Part shown: one piece after another, positions 24,639 through 32,000 of the stretch
How the letters are laid out: each line of letters starts with the position of its first letter
Position numbering within the stretch: position 1 is the stretch's first letter
DNA from: Xanthomonas campestris pv. campestris str. ATCC 33913
Lineage (GTDB): Bacteria; Pseudomonadota; Gammaproteobacteria; Xanthomonadales; Xanthomonadaceae
Assembly (NCBI RefSeq): GCF_000007145.1
Contig: NC_003902.1
Location: forward strand, 1,357,436 to 1,389,435
DNA length: 32,000 nt
Reading direction: 5' to 3'
Translations under genes and position numbers: made by a program
Notes under the pieces: model-generated
What the model was told of the DNA's origin: nothing
The model's input: the letters and a program-made list of their open reading frames with translations, nothing else
Database searches by the model: none

Positions 24639-27600
24639 TGCCGCGAGCACCACACCCGGCACAGCGACACCAGCTTGTCCACGTCGATGGGCTTGGCGAT
24701 GTAGTCGTTGGCGCCGGCCTGCAGGCAGTGTTCGCGGTCGTCGGCCATCGCCTTGGCGGTCAGCGCGATGATCGGCAGGTCTTGCCACTGGCGGTTGGCG
24801 CGGATCTGGCGCATCGCGGTGATGCCATCCATCTCCGGCATCATGATGTCCATTAGCACGAGGTCCACTTCGTGCTTGGCCAGGTGCTCCAGCGCCTCGC
24901 GGCCGTTGCGGGCGATCTGCAGGGTGACGCCCAGCGGTTCGAGCACGCTGGACAGCGCGAAGATGTTGCGCACATCGTCTTCGGCCAGCAGCACGGTGGC
25001 GCCATCGAGCACCGCATCGCGGCGGCGCGCTTCGCGCAGCAGGCGCTGCTGGTCGCTGGGCAGCGAGGCTTCCACGCTGTGCAGGAACAAGGTCACCTCA
25101 TCGAGCAGGCGCTCGGGCGAACGCACGCCCTTGATGATGATGCTCTTGGAGTAGCGGCGCAGGCGTTGTTCTTCGTCGCGGGTGAGCGCACGGCCGGTGT
25201 AGACGATCACCGGCGGGAAGGCCACCGCATCGTTGCCGGCCATGCGTTCGAGCAGGTCGTAGCCGCTGCCGTCGGGCAGGGCCAGGTCGGTGACCATGCA
25301 ATCGAATGTGGCGCTGCCCAGTTGGTCCATCGCCTCGGCAATGGTGCCGACTGCGACGATCTCCAGCTGATCGCGGGCCAGCAGCAGTTCCAGGTTGGCG
25401 CGCAGCGCGCTGTCGTCTTCGACGATCAACAGGCGGCGCAGTGCGCGGGCGTTGGTTTCTTCCAGCTGGCGGATCGCCCCGGCGAGCAGTTCGCGGGTGG
25501 CCGGCTTGATCAGGTAGCCCACCGCACCCAGCTCCAGCGCAATCTGGCTGCGCTCCAGCGCCGAGACCACGTGCACGGGGATGTGTCGGGTAGCCGGGTT
25601 GCGCTTGAGCCGCTCCAGCACGCTCAGGCCGGAGGCATCGGGCAGGCCGATGTCGAGCAGGATGCCGCTGGGGCGCAGTTCGGCGGCCAGCCGCAGCGCT
25701 TCTTCGGCATTGGGCGCCACCACACAATCGAAATCGAGCTCGTGCGCCAGGTCGACCAGGGCCTGCGCAAAGCGGGTTTCATCTTCCACCGCCAGGATCA
25801 GGCGGCCGGGGCGGGTGCGCTGATCGCGGTCATCCTCGGCGCGCACGCTCGGTGCCGCGTTGCTGGCAGGCGTTGTTACCGGCGCAGCACTGATTACGGC
25901 GGATGTGCGCGCTGCAAAGAGCTGCGTGGTGTCGCTGCGCGGGGTGGGCGCGAGGTGCGTCGCCGGTGCAGCAGCCGGGGCAGCTGCGTCGGCAGGTGCG
26001 CCGTCCACGGGCAATTCCAGGGTGAAGCAGCTGCCACGTCCGGGCTCGCTGTCCACGCTGATGCTGCCGCCCATGCGCAACGCCAGGTCGCGCGAGATCG
26101 ACAAACCCAGCCCGGTGCCGCCATAGCGCCGGCGGGTGCTGCCATCGGCCTGGCGGAACGCTTCGAAGATCACCTCGCTCTGCTCGCGCGCAATGCCGAT
26201 GCCGGTATCGCACACCACAAAGCGCACGCGCCCATTGCCGTGCGATTGCACCGCCAGGCTGACCTGGCCGTGCTCGGTGAACTTGATCGCATTGGCCAGC
26301 AGGTTCTTGAGGATCTGCTGCAGGCGCTGGTTGTCCACCACCAATTGCGTCGGCGCGGCGGCGTCGGCGCTGATCTCCAGCTGCAGGCCTTTCTGCCGCG
26401 CCAGTGGTTCGAAGGTGTCGCGCAGGCGCTGCACCACCGAGCTCATCGCCACGGTGTCGTCCGACAATTCCACATGCCCGGCTTCGATCTTGGACAGATC
26501 CAGGATGTCGTTGATCAGCGCCAGCAGATCGTTGTTGGACGAATGAATCGCCTGCGCGTACTTCACCTGCTCGGCGGTGAGCGTGTGGTCCTTGTTGTCG
26601 GCCAGCAGCTTGGCCAGGATCAGCGAGCTGTTGAGCGGGGTGCGCAACTCGTGCGACATGTTGGCCAGGAATTCGGACTTGTAGCGCGACGCGGTGGACA
26701 GCTCGTTGCTGTTGCGCACCAGTTGCCCCTGCGCCACCAGCAAGGCCTGTTTTTGCGCCTCCAGTGCCTGGGTGCGTTCTTCCAGCTGCACGTTGGTCTG
26801 TTCCAGTTCGGCCTGCTGCTGTTCCAGATCGCTCTGTGACTGCTGCAGGCTGCGGCTCTGTTCTTCCAGTTCCTCATTGGCCACGCGCAGTTCTTCCTGC
26901 TGCGTCTGCAATTCCTCGCTCTGCCGCTGGGTTTCTTCGAGCAGGCTCACCAATTGGGCGCGCAGCAGCGCGGTGCGCAGGGCAACGCCGATGTTCTCGC
27001 CGCAGCGGGCGAGCAGCTCTTCTTCGCGGGTGGCGGCCGTGCCCGGCGCGCCCGTGCGGCCCAGCTCGACGATGCCGATGATGCGGCCGTCGGCAGTGAC
27101 TGGCGCCAGCAGCAATTCCTGGCAATCGCTCTTGCCCAGGCTCGAGGCAATCTGCAGGTGCCCGGCATCCACGCCACGCACGCGGCGCACGCTGCCGCGC
27201 TGCAGGGTTTCGCCCAGCTGGCCGAGGTTGGTGGGCAGGGTGCTTGGTACGTCCTCGGCCAGCGCGGCGCCGCCGGTCAGGCGCAGGCGCTCGCCTTCCA
27301 GCCGATACAGCGCGCCAACTTGCGCTTCCAGCGTGTCGCACAGGGCGCGCACGGCGGCATCGGCCAGCGCTTCCGGGCTCTGGTCGCCGCGTAGGCTCGC
27401 TTCGACGGTGTTTTCGGCCTGCTGCAGCCACAGCGCGGTTTCGGCCTGGCGGCGGGCGCGGATCGCCTGCATCACCACCAGCGCCATGGCCAGAAAGGAG
27501 ATGCCGCCGATGCTGCGGTTGACCGAGGAGAAACTCGAATTGGTGCTGGACGGGGCCAGGTGGAAACCGATTGCCAGCAACACGCACGACAGCACGCCCA

Positions 27601-27775
27601 CCACCAGCGGCACGCGCACATGGTTCTGGAACACGGTGACGCCGACGGCGACAAAGTAGGTGAGCCACACCGCGTACCCCAGCGGCGTGACCAGTTCCAC
27701 CCCCAACGTGCCGGCCATCAACCCTGCTGCGATCACCCAGATCCAGCGGTCGCGCGAGGTCGTGATGTTCTGCAT
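24635..27775 (-). CDS. Membrane-anchored hybrid sensor kinase: about 4 TM helices, GAF, Q/E-rich coiled coil, HisKA, HATPase_c, then three REC domains
   Basis: ORF 24635..27832. ATG at 27775 (MQNITTSRDRW...) gives 1046 aa; TTG at 27832 is possible. No clear SD precedes either start. H-box: FLANMSHELRTPLNS. ATPase: LKNLLANAIKFT...DTGIGI...GTGLGLSISR. REC domains: LILAVEDE...ILLDIGLPDASG...LIKP; LLIVEDD...MVTDLALPDGSG; VLLAEDD...VLMDIMMPEMDG...YIAKPI. Confidence 0.85.
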   Translation of the reverse strand: MQNITTSRDRWIWVIAAGLMAGTLGVELVTPLGYAVWLTYFVAVGVTVFQNHVRVPLVVGVLSCVLLAIGFHLAPSSTNSSFSSVNRSIGGISFLAMALVVMQAIRARRQAETALWLQQAENTVEASLRGDQSPEALADAAVRALCDTLEAQVGALYRLEGERLRLTGGAALAEDVPSTLPTNLGQLGETLQRGSVRRVRGVDAGHLQIASSLGKSDCQELLLAPVTADGRIIGIVELGRTGAPGTAATREEELLARCGENIGVALRTALLRAQLVSLLEETQRQSEELQTQQEELRVANEELEEQSRSLQQSQSDLEQQQAELEQTNVQLEERTQALEAQKQALLVAQGQLVRNSNELSTASRYKSEFLANMSHELRTPLNSSLILAKLLADNKDHTLTAEQVKYAQAIHSSNNDLLALINDILDLSKIEAGHVELSDDTVAMSSVVQRLRDTFEPLARQKGLQLEISADAAAPTQLVVDNQRLQQILKNLLANAIKFTEHGQVSLAVQSHGNGRVRFVVCDTGIGIAREQSEVIFEAFRQADGSTRRRYGGTGLGLSISRDLALRMGGSISVDSEPGRGSCFTLELPVDGAPADAAAPAAAPATHLAPTPRSDTTQLFAARTSAVISAAPVTTPASNAAPSVRAEDDRDQRTRPGRLILAVEDETRFAQALVDLAHELDFDCVVAPNAEEALRLAAELRPSGILLDIGLPDASGLSVLERLKRNPATRHIPVHVVSALERSQIALELGAVGYLIKPATRELLAGAIRQLEETNARALRRLLIVEDDSALRANLELLLARDQLEIVAVGTIAEAMDQLGSATFDCMVTDLALPDGSGYDLLERMAGNDAVAFPPVIVYTGRALTRDEEQRLRRYSKSIIIKGVRSPERLLDEVTLFLHSVEASLPSDQQRLLREARRRDAVLDGATVLLAEDDVRNIFALSSVLEPLGVTLQIARNGREALEHLAKHEVDLVLMDIMMPEMDGITAMRQIRANRQWQDLPIIALTAKAMADDREHCLQAGANDYIAKPIDVDKLVSLCRVWCSRQ

Positions 27776-27898
27776 GGAGGTGTGGACCAAACTGGGAGGG
27801 CGGTCATGGTAGCCGATAAATTTCACACGCAAATCGCCGGTTTTTTGACGGATTTACAGCCGTGTTGGCTTGCACATTGCCTTCACGGCTCCGTCACT

Positions 27899-29095
27899 AT
27901 GTTCGCGCGCTTTTCCGGGGGAAACCGCGCGATGGATGCGGAAACGGCCGTGGACAGCGTTGGGCCGCTTTCTTACGACAGCCGGCAATGCCATCTGTTG
28001 GTGCAGAGCGTGTCCGACTACGCGATCTATCTGCTGGATACCGCGGGCTTCGTGCGTAGCTGGAATCCCGGTGGCGAGCGCATCAAGGGCTACAGCGCCG
28101 ACGAAGTGCTCGGCACGCATTTCTCGCGGTTCTATCTGCCCGAAGACGCCGAGCGTGGCGAGCCTGCGCGATCGCTGGACACGGCGTTGCGCGAAGGACG
28201 CTTTTCCGCCGAGGGCTGGCGCCTGCGCAAGGATGGCAGCCGCTTCCGGGCCAGCGTGGTGATCGAGCCGGTGCGCGAGCATGGCGTGCTGATCGGCTTT
28301 GCCAAGGTCACCCGCGACATCACCGAGCGCCATGAAGCTCAGCAGTTGCTTCAGCACGCGCAGCAGGCGTTGCTGCAATCGCAGAAAGTCGAAGCGCTGG
28401 GACGCCTGACGCTGGGTTTGGCGCACGATTTCAACAACCTGTTGACCGTGATGGTGACCAGCCTGGACCTGATCGCGCTGCGCGCCGGCGAGGATGCACG
28501 CACGCGCATGCTGGTGGAGGCCGCGCAGACCGCGGTGGATCGTGGCACCTTGCTGACCCGGCAGTTGCTCGCCTTCGCCCGTGGACAACGGTTGGTGCCC
28601 GAGCGCCACGCACCCGCGGCGGTGGTGGAGCGCTCGCTCGAATTGCTGCGGCGCGCCTGCCCGGCCGGCATCAGCCTGCGCGTGGACTTTGCCGATGCGC
28701 TGCCCGACGTACGCGTGGACCCCGGCCAACTGGAGGCAGCCTTGCTCAACCTGGTGTTCAACAGCTGCGATGCGATGCCTGCCGGCGGCAGCATCGTGCT
28801 CTCTGCGTCCACGCAACAGCGCGCGCCGCTGGACGACCCGCACGGCTCCGCGCGCGCCTATGTCGGCATCGCCGTCAGCGACACGGGCCCGGGCATGTCT
28901 GCGCAGGTGGCGCAGCGTGCGAGCGAGCCGTTCTTTACCACCAAGGAAGTCGGCAAGGGCTCCGGCCTGGGGTTGAGCCAGGTGCACGGGTTTGCCGCGC
29001 AATCCGGCGGCTTTGTCGATCTGCAGACCGCGCCCGGCCGCGGCACCACCGTGACCCTGTTGCTCCCGGCGATTCTGGAGGCCGAGCATGACTGA
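27899..29095 (+). CDS. Cytoplasmic PAS-domain histidine kinase
   Basis: Frame of ORF 27560..29095. ATG at 27899 (MFARFSG...); ATG at 27935 is an alternative. PAS: VQSVSDYAIYLLDTAGFVRSWNPGGERIKGYSADEVLG...RKDGSRFRASVVIEPV...FAKVTRDITERH. H-box: LGRLTLGLAHDFNNLL. ATPase: NSCDAM...DTGPGM...GSGLGLSQV. Confidence 0.85.
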   Translation: MFARFSGGNRAMDAETAVDSVGPLSYDSRQCHLLVQSVSDYAIYLLDTAGFVRSWNPGGERIKGYSADEVLGTHFSRFYLPEDAERGEPARSLDTALREGRFSAEGWRLRKDGSRFRASVVIEPVREHGVLIGFAKVTRDITERHEAQQLLQHAQQALLQSQKVEALGRLTLGLAHDFNNLLTVMVTSLDLIALRAGEDARTRMLVEAAQTAVDRGTLLTRQLLAFARGQRLVPERHAPAAVVERSLELLRRACPAGISLRVDFADALPDVRVDPGQLEAALLNLVFNSCDAMPAGGSIVLSASTQQRAPLDDPHGSARAYVGIAVSDTGPGMSAQVAQRASEPFFTTKEVGKGSGLGLSQVHGFAAQSGGFVDLQTAPGRGTTVTLLLPAILEAEHD

Positions 29096-29450
29096 TTCCC
29101 TGCGCTTGCTGATGGTCGAAGACCAACAGGAACTGCGCGATCTCATCGGCGAAGCGCTGCGCGACGCCGGCATCACCGTCGATACCGCCGACGATGGCCA
29201 CTGCGCGCTGCGCATGCTGCGCGAGAACGGCCCCTACGACGTGGTGTTCAGCGACATCCGCATGCCCAACGGCATGTCCGGTATCGAACTGAGCGAACAG
29301 GTGAGCCAGTTGCTGCCGCAGGCACGCATCATCCTGGCCTCGGGCTTTGCCAAGGCACAGTTGCCGCCGCTGCCGGCCCAGGTGGATTTCCTGCCAAAAC
29401 CCTATCGCCTGCGCCAGCTGATCGGCCTGTTGAAGGGCGAGGGCGGCTGA
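29088..29450 (+). CDS. Single-domain (REC-only) response regulator
   Basis: 120 aa: LRLLMVEDQQELRDLI...YDVVFSDIRMPNGMSG...IILASGF...FLPKPY. It overlaps the kinase gene by 8 nt. Confidence 0.85.
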   Translation: MTDSLRLLMVEDQQELRDLIGEALRDAGITVDTADDGHCALRMLRENGPYDVVFSDIRMPNGMSGIELSEQVSQLLPQARIILASGFAKAQLPPLPAQVDFLPKPYRLRQLIGLLKGEGG

Positions 29451-29608
29451 GTCGCCTTACTGCTCAGAGCAGCTATCAAAACGACTGCGCAGCCGCCAGG
29501 CGGGCGCGGCCGGTGCTCGGAATCGGCATGTACCCACGTACACTCCGGTTCCTCCGCGCCGTCCGCACCCACCTGACGGCTGCTCGCTACGTTTTGTTAG
29601 CCGCTCTT

Positions 29609-29640
29609 AGTCTGCATCGCCGCGTGCGTAGCGATGCAGA
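29609..29640. terminator. Perfect 11-bp hairpin between the convergent REC and GH16 genes; no U-tract on either strand
   Basis: GTCTGCATCGC (29609..29619), 10-nt loop, GCGATGCAGAC (29630..29640). Confidence 0.3.
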
Positions 29641-29660
29641 CAAGGGGGCGCTGCCGGCGC

Positions 29661-31019
29661 TCAACGGCTCTGGTAGTAGACCTTGTCGATGGCGATCTCC
29701 ACCGGGCTCGCCGGCGGGTCGGCCACCAGCATGAACATCTGTTTGACCGATTGCAGATCCAGGTCATAGAAGGCACTGAAGGGGATGCTCACCTCGTGCC
29801 ACACGCCATCGCGCACCAGGCCGTACTGGTTGCCGCCCGGCACGAAGTCCACCCAACTGTCGCCAAAGCTGGTGTTGATGCCGATCTTGAAGGTCGACGG
29901 CGTGGTGGTCTTCAGATGCAACTTGAGTGAGCCGCCCGCGTAATTGCGCATGTCACGGTAGTCGGTCTGGATGCCCAGTCCATACCAGGCGCCGGCATTG
30001 GCGCGGTAGGCCATCACGTTGCCGCCTTCGAACGGTGCCTGCGCAATCGGGCTGAGGTTGTTCCACAGATACAGCTGCGCGTCCTGGCCGAAGGTGAGCC
30101 GCGCAGCGGTGTCGGTCTGATCGGTGAACACACCAAAGCGCCCGGCCGGCGCGGTGTGTTGTGCGCCCACATAGAGCGACGCGCCTGGGTTCTGATACAG
30201 CCGCAGGTAATCCACTTCCATCTTGCCCGGCAGCGGCGCGGTCACACCGCCCGGCGTGTTGATGCCGGTGAAGGTGCCGCCGACAGCCAGATTGAGCAGC
30301 AGGTAATGCTGCTGATGGAATTCGTGCAGCGAGGCGCCTTCGATATTGGAGATCGCAAATTCGAAGTACTGCTGGCCGTCGATGCTCATGCGGATGACGT
30401 TCGGGTCCCAGGTCATCCGGTACACGTGGAAGTCGTTATGCAGATCCACTGGGTGGGTGTAGCTGGTGTCGTAGTCGGCCTGCGCGCCGTTGTAGTCCCA
30501 GTGCACGGCCGCGCCGATGCGGCGATTGGCGGTGCCGTTGGCGATTGCCGCGGCCATGCCGGCTTCCATCAGATCGATCTCGCCGCGGCCGGGCCACACG
30601 CCGATGGTGCCGAGCATCCAGTACGCCGGCCACAGCCCGTTGCCGACCACCGGCGTCTTGATGCGTGCTTCCAGCGTGCCGTACTTGAAGTGCATGCGGC
30701 CCTCGGTCTTGAGCCGCGCCGACGTGAACGGCATGCCTTGAAACGCTTCGCGGCGCGCTTCGATCACCAACCGCCCGTTTTCGATGCGCGCGTTCTCGGG
30801 CCGGCTGGTGTAGTACTGCATCTCGCCGTTGCCCCAGCCGCACAAGCCGATCTGGCAGCCATTGCCGACGTCATAGGTCCACGTGTTGCCGTCGATGGCG
30901 GGGCCGTTGAAATTGTCTTCCCACACCAGTGTTTGTGCGCGCAGCTGCGGGGTGAGCGCTGCACAGGCGGTTCCCAGTAGCACGGCGACCTGCACAGCAA
31001 CATTGCATCGCATGTTCAT
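29661..31019 (-). CDS. Secreted glycoside hydrolase family 16 beta-glucanase (laminarinase/licheninase-like) with extra C-terminal beta-rich domain of about 170 aa
   Basis: The ATG at 31019 is preceded by GGAGAGAGAGG; 452 aa. Signal peptide: VAVQVAVLLGTACAALTPQLRA-QT. GH16 motifs: LVWEDNFNG...WTY, NGEMQYYT, GTLEARIK, LWPAYWMLG. Catalytic motif: GEIDLME (ExDxxE). The C-terminal part (SLYVGAQH...VEIAIDKVYYQSR) looks like a carbohydrate-binding module, family not assigned. Confidence 0.85.
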   Translation of the reverse strand: MNMRCNVAVQVAVLLGTACAALTPQLRAQTLVWEDNFNGPAIDGNTWTYDVGNGCQIGLCGWGNGEMQYYTSRPENARIENGRLVIEARREAFQGMPFTSARLKTEGRMHFKYGTLEARIKTPVVGNGLWPAYWMLGTIGVWPGRGEIDLMEAGMAAAIANGTANRRIGAAVHWDYNGAQADYDTSYTHPVDLHNDFHVYRMTWDPNVIRMSIDGQQYFEFAISNIEGASLHEFHQQHYLLLNLAVGGTFTGINTPGGVTAPLPGKMEVDYLRLYQNPGASLYVGAQHTAPAGRFGVFTDQTDTAARLTFGQDAQLYLWNNLSPIAQAPFEGGNVMAYRANAGAWYGLGIQTDYRDMRNYAGGSLKLHLKTTTPSTFKIGINTSFGDSWVDFVPGGNQYGLVRDGVWHEVSIPFSAFYDLDLQSVKQMFMLVADPPASPVEIAIDKVYYQSR

Positions 31020-31032
31020 TGCCTCTCTCTCC

Positions 31033-31051
31033 AAAAACGAACCCGGGTTCG
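31033..31051 (-). other. 14-bp perfect palindrome CGAACCCGGGTTCG followed on the minus strand by T5, immediately upstream of the GH16 ribosome-binding site
   Basis: Palindrome at 31038..31051. The minus strand reads CGAACCCGGGTTCG-TTTTT-GGAGAGAGAGGCA-ATG. It could be a weak terminator/attenuator for read-through from the DUF2798 gene, or a dyad operator. Confidence 0.3.
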
Positions 31052-31248
31052 TGGAGGGGCGACGCTGCGCAGCTGGTGGTACAGAGTCAAAGCAATTTGC
31101 GGTTGTAGTTCAGTTCCGTGGATTTCATTCCGGAATCATTGCGGCCAGCCATGACGGCGGTCGCAAACCGGCATGGCGCGATGCTGCGCGGCAGCACCTG
31201 CTTGCGTTGGCAAACCCGGCCGCTGCCGGCAGCCACAGGCGGCACGGC

Positions 31249-31518
31249 TCAGCGCGGCGGATGCACGGTCCAGGCCACCAGTTGCACGACCAATGGGCGC
31301 ACCACCAGCACACAGCAAAATGCAGTGGGCATGGCGATGCGGTAGGCATCCAACACCCGCCACAGGTAACCGGCAGCCAGGCCGGTGTTGGCGCCGGTGA
31401 TCACCAGGCACATCAGCAGCGCCATGATCGCGGCCATGTAGAAGGCGAACACGAACGGGGTGGCGCGCACGCCCAGCTTCCAGCGAGCACGGGCTAGGGC
31501 GGTGGGGGTGGCTGACAT
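31249..31518 (-). CDS. DUF2798-family small membrane protein
   Basis: Start MSATPT at 31518; 89 aa. Two hydrophobic helices: TPFVFAFYMAAIMALLMCLVITG...IAMPTAFCCVLVVRPLVVQLV. Divergent from a LysR gene, a common DUF2798 context. Confidence 0.65.
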   Translation of the reverse strand: MSATPTALARARWKLGVRATPFVFAFYMAAIMALLMCLVITGANTGLAAGYLWRVLDAYRIAMPTAFCCVLVVRPLVVQLVAWTVHPPR

Positions 31519-31603
31519 GCGGTGGCCTCGGGTGGAGTGCGGCGGAGCGGCCACTGTAGAAGCAGCTCACCCAGGCCGGTAGATCGCGTAGCCTTGTTGC
31601 TTA

Positions 31604-31620
31604 CGTAAGAAAATCTTACG
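31604..31620. promoter_or_regulatory. LysR-type T-N11-A dyad CGTAAG-AAAAT-CTTACG in the divergent promoter region
   Basis: 6-bp inverted arms with a 5-nt spacer. The T at position 3 and the A at position 15 are separated by 11 nt. It overlaps the 10-bp palindrome CTTACGTAAG (31600..31609) and lies 28 nt upstream of the LysR ATG. Confidence 0.4.
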
Positions 31621-31647
31621 AATCCATTGGTAAAACTGGCTGGGCAT

Positions 31648-32000
31648 ATGAACATTCTTCAGTCCATTCGTAGTTTCGTCAGCACGGTGGATGCCGGCAG
31701 CATCGCCGGCGGCGCCAAGCGCCTGGGTGTGAGCCCGGCCGCGGTGAGCCAGAACATCGCGCGCCTGGAGCAACACCTGGGTGTGCGCCTGCTGCACCGG
31801 ACCACGCGCAGCCTGGCACTGACCGAGCGCGGCGCGCTGTACGTGGAGCAGGTGCGGCAGATCGAACGCGACCTGGAGCGCGCGCGGCAACTGGTGGCTG
31901 GCCCGCAGCAGGCCCCGGCCGGCCGCCTGCGCGTGGCCAGCACCGCCGCCTTCGCGCGGCATGTGCTGGCACCGATGTTGCCGTCACTGCGGCAGCGCTA
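31648..32000 (+). CDS. LysR-family transcriptional regulator, N-terminal part (runs off the window)
   Basis: Not in the ORF track because no stop is reached. My translation from the ATG at 31648: MNILQSIRSFVSTVDAGSIAGGAKRLGVSPAAVSQNIARLEQHLGVRLLHRTTRSLALTERGALY... This is the canonical LysR HTH. Confidence 0.85.
   Translation, partial: MNILQSIRSFVSTVDAGSIAGGAKRLGVSPAAVSQNIARLEQHLGVRLLHRTTRSLALTERGALYVEQVRQIERDLERARQLVAGPQQAPAGRLRVASTAAFARHVLAPMLPSLRQR

Noticed and set aside
27776-27832. TTG start at 27832 extending the hybrid kinase by 19 residues
   Set aside because: The extension (MRVKFIGYHDRPPSLVHTS) adds no recognisable feature, and the ATG at 27775 begins directly before the first TM segment. 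Neither start has a clear Shine-Dalgarno, so the 5' end stays uncertain.

Overview
High-GC gamma-proteobacterial chromosome segment, almost certainly Xanthomonas. The left end carries a divergent OmpR-type / 476-aa AraC-type regulator pair that matches the hrpG/hrpX master virulence regulators in order, size and key residues. The rest is densely packed with signalling genes. (i) Just downstream of hrpX is a two-gene operon: a divergent Hsp90-family GHKL ATPase plus an unrecognisable 774-aa helical-repeat, Cys-cluster protein. This is my best candidate for an undescribed system. (ii) A six-gene, translationally coupled stressosome operon (RsbR-RsbS-RsbT, a fused RsbW-like kinase/PP2C phosphatase, a sensor-less histidine kinase, and a REC-PAS-HK-REC hybrid) has no sigma factor or output domain. 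(iii) A four-gene minus-strand operon joined by ATGA overlaps encodes a membrane GAF hybrid kinase with three REC domains, CheR, a REC-less CheB and a REC-HK. No MCP, CheA or CheW is present. (iv) A PAS kinase is paired with a single-domain response regulator. Other genes are an OYE flavin reductase, a GH43 xylosidase/arabinosidase divergent from a TonB-dependent receptor, a GH16 glucanase, TrxC, DUF1428, DUF2798 and a partial LysR regulator. An 848-bp IS5-family element with perfect 18-bp terminal inverted repeats sits exactly on the GH43 stop codon. Its TTA target duplication regenerates the TAA stop, and its transposase is split into three frames at an A6 and a T3 run. Two tandem-repeat loci are present: a compound 7-bp array of 16 units and an 18-bp repeat in 5 copies. 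Several perfect GC-rich hairpins lie downstream of genes. No rRNA, tRNA or CRISPR was seen. The many long antisense ORFs are GC-bias shadows. All homology calls come from motif recognition by eye, with no searches run.
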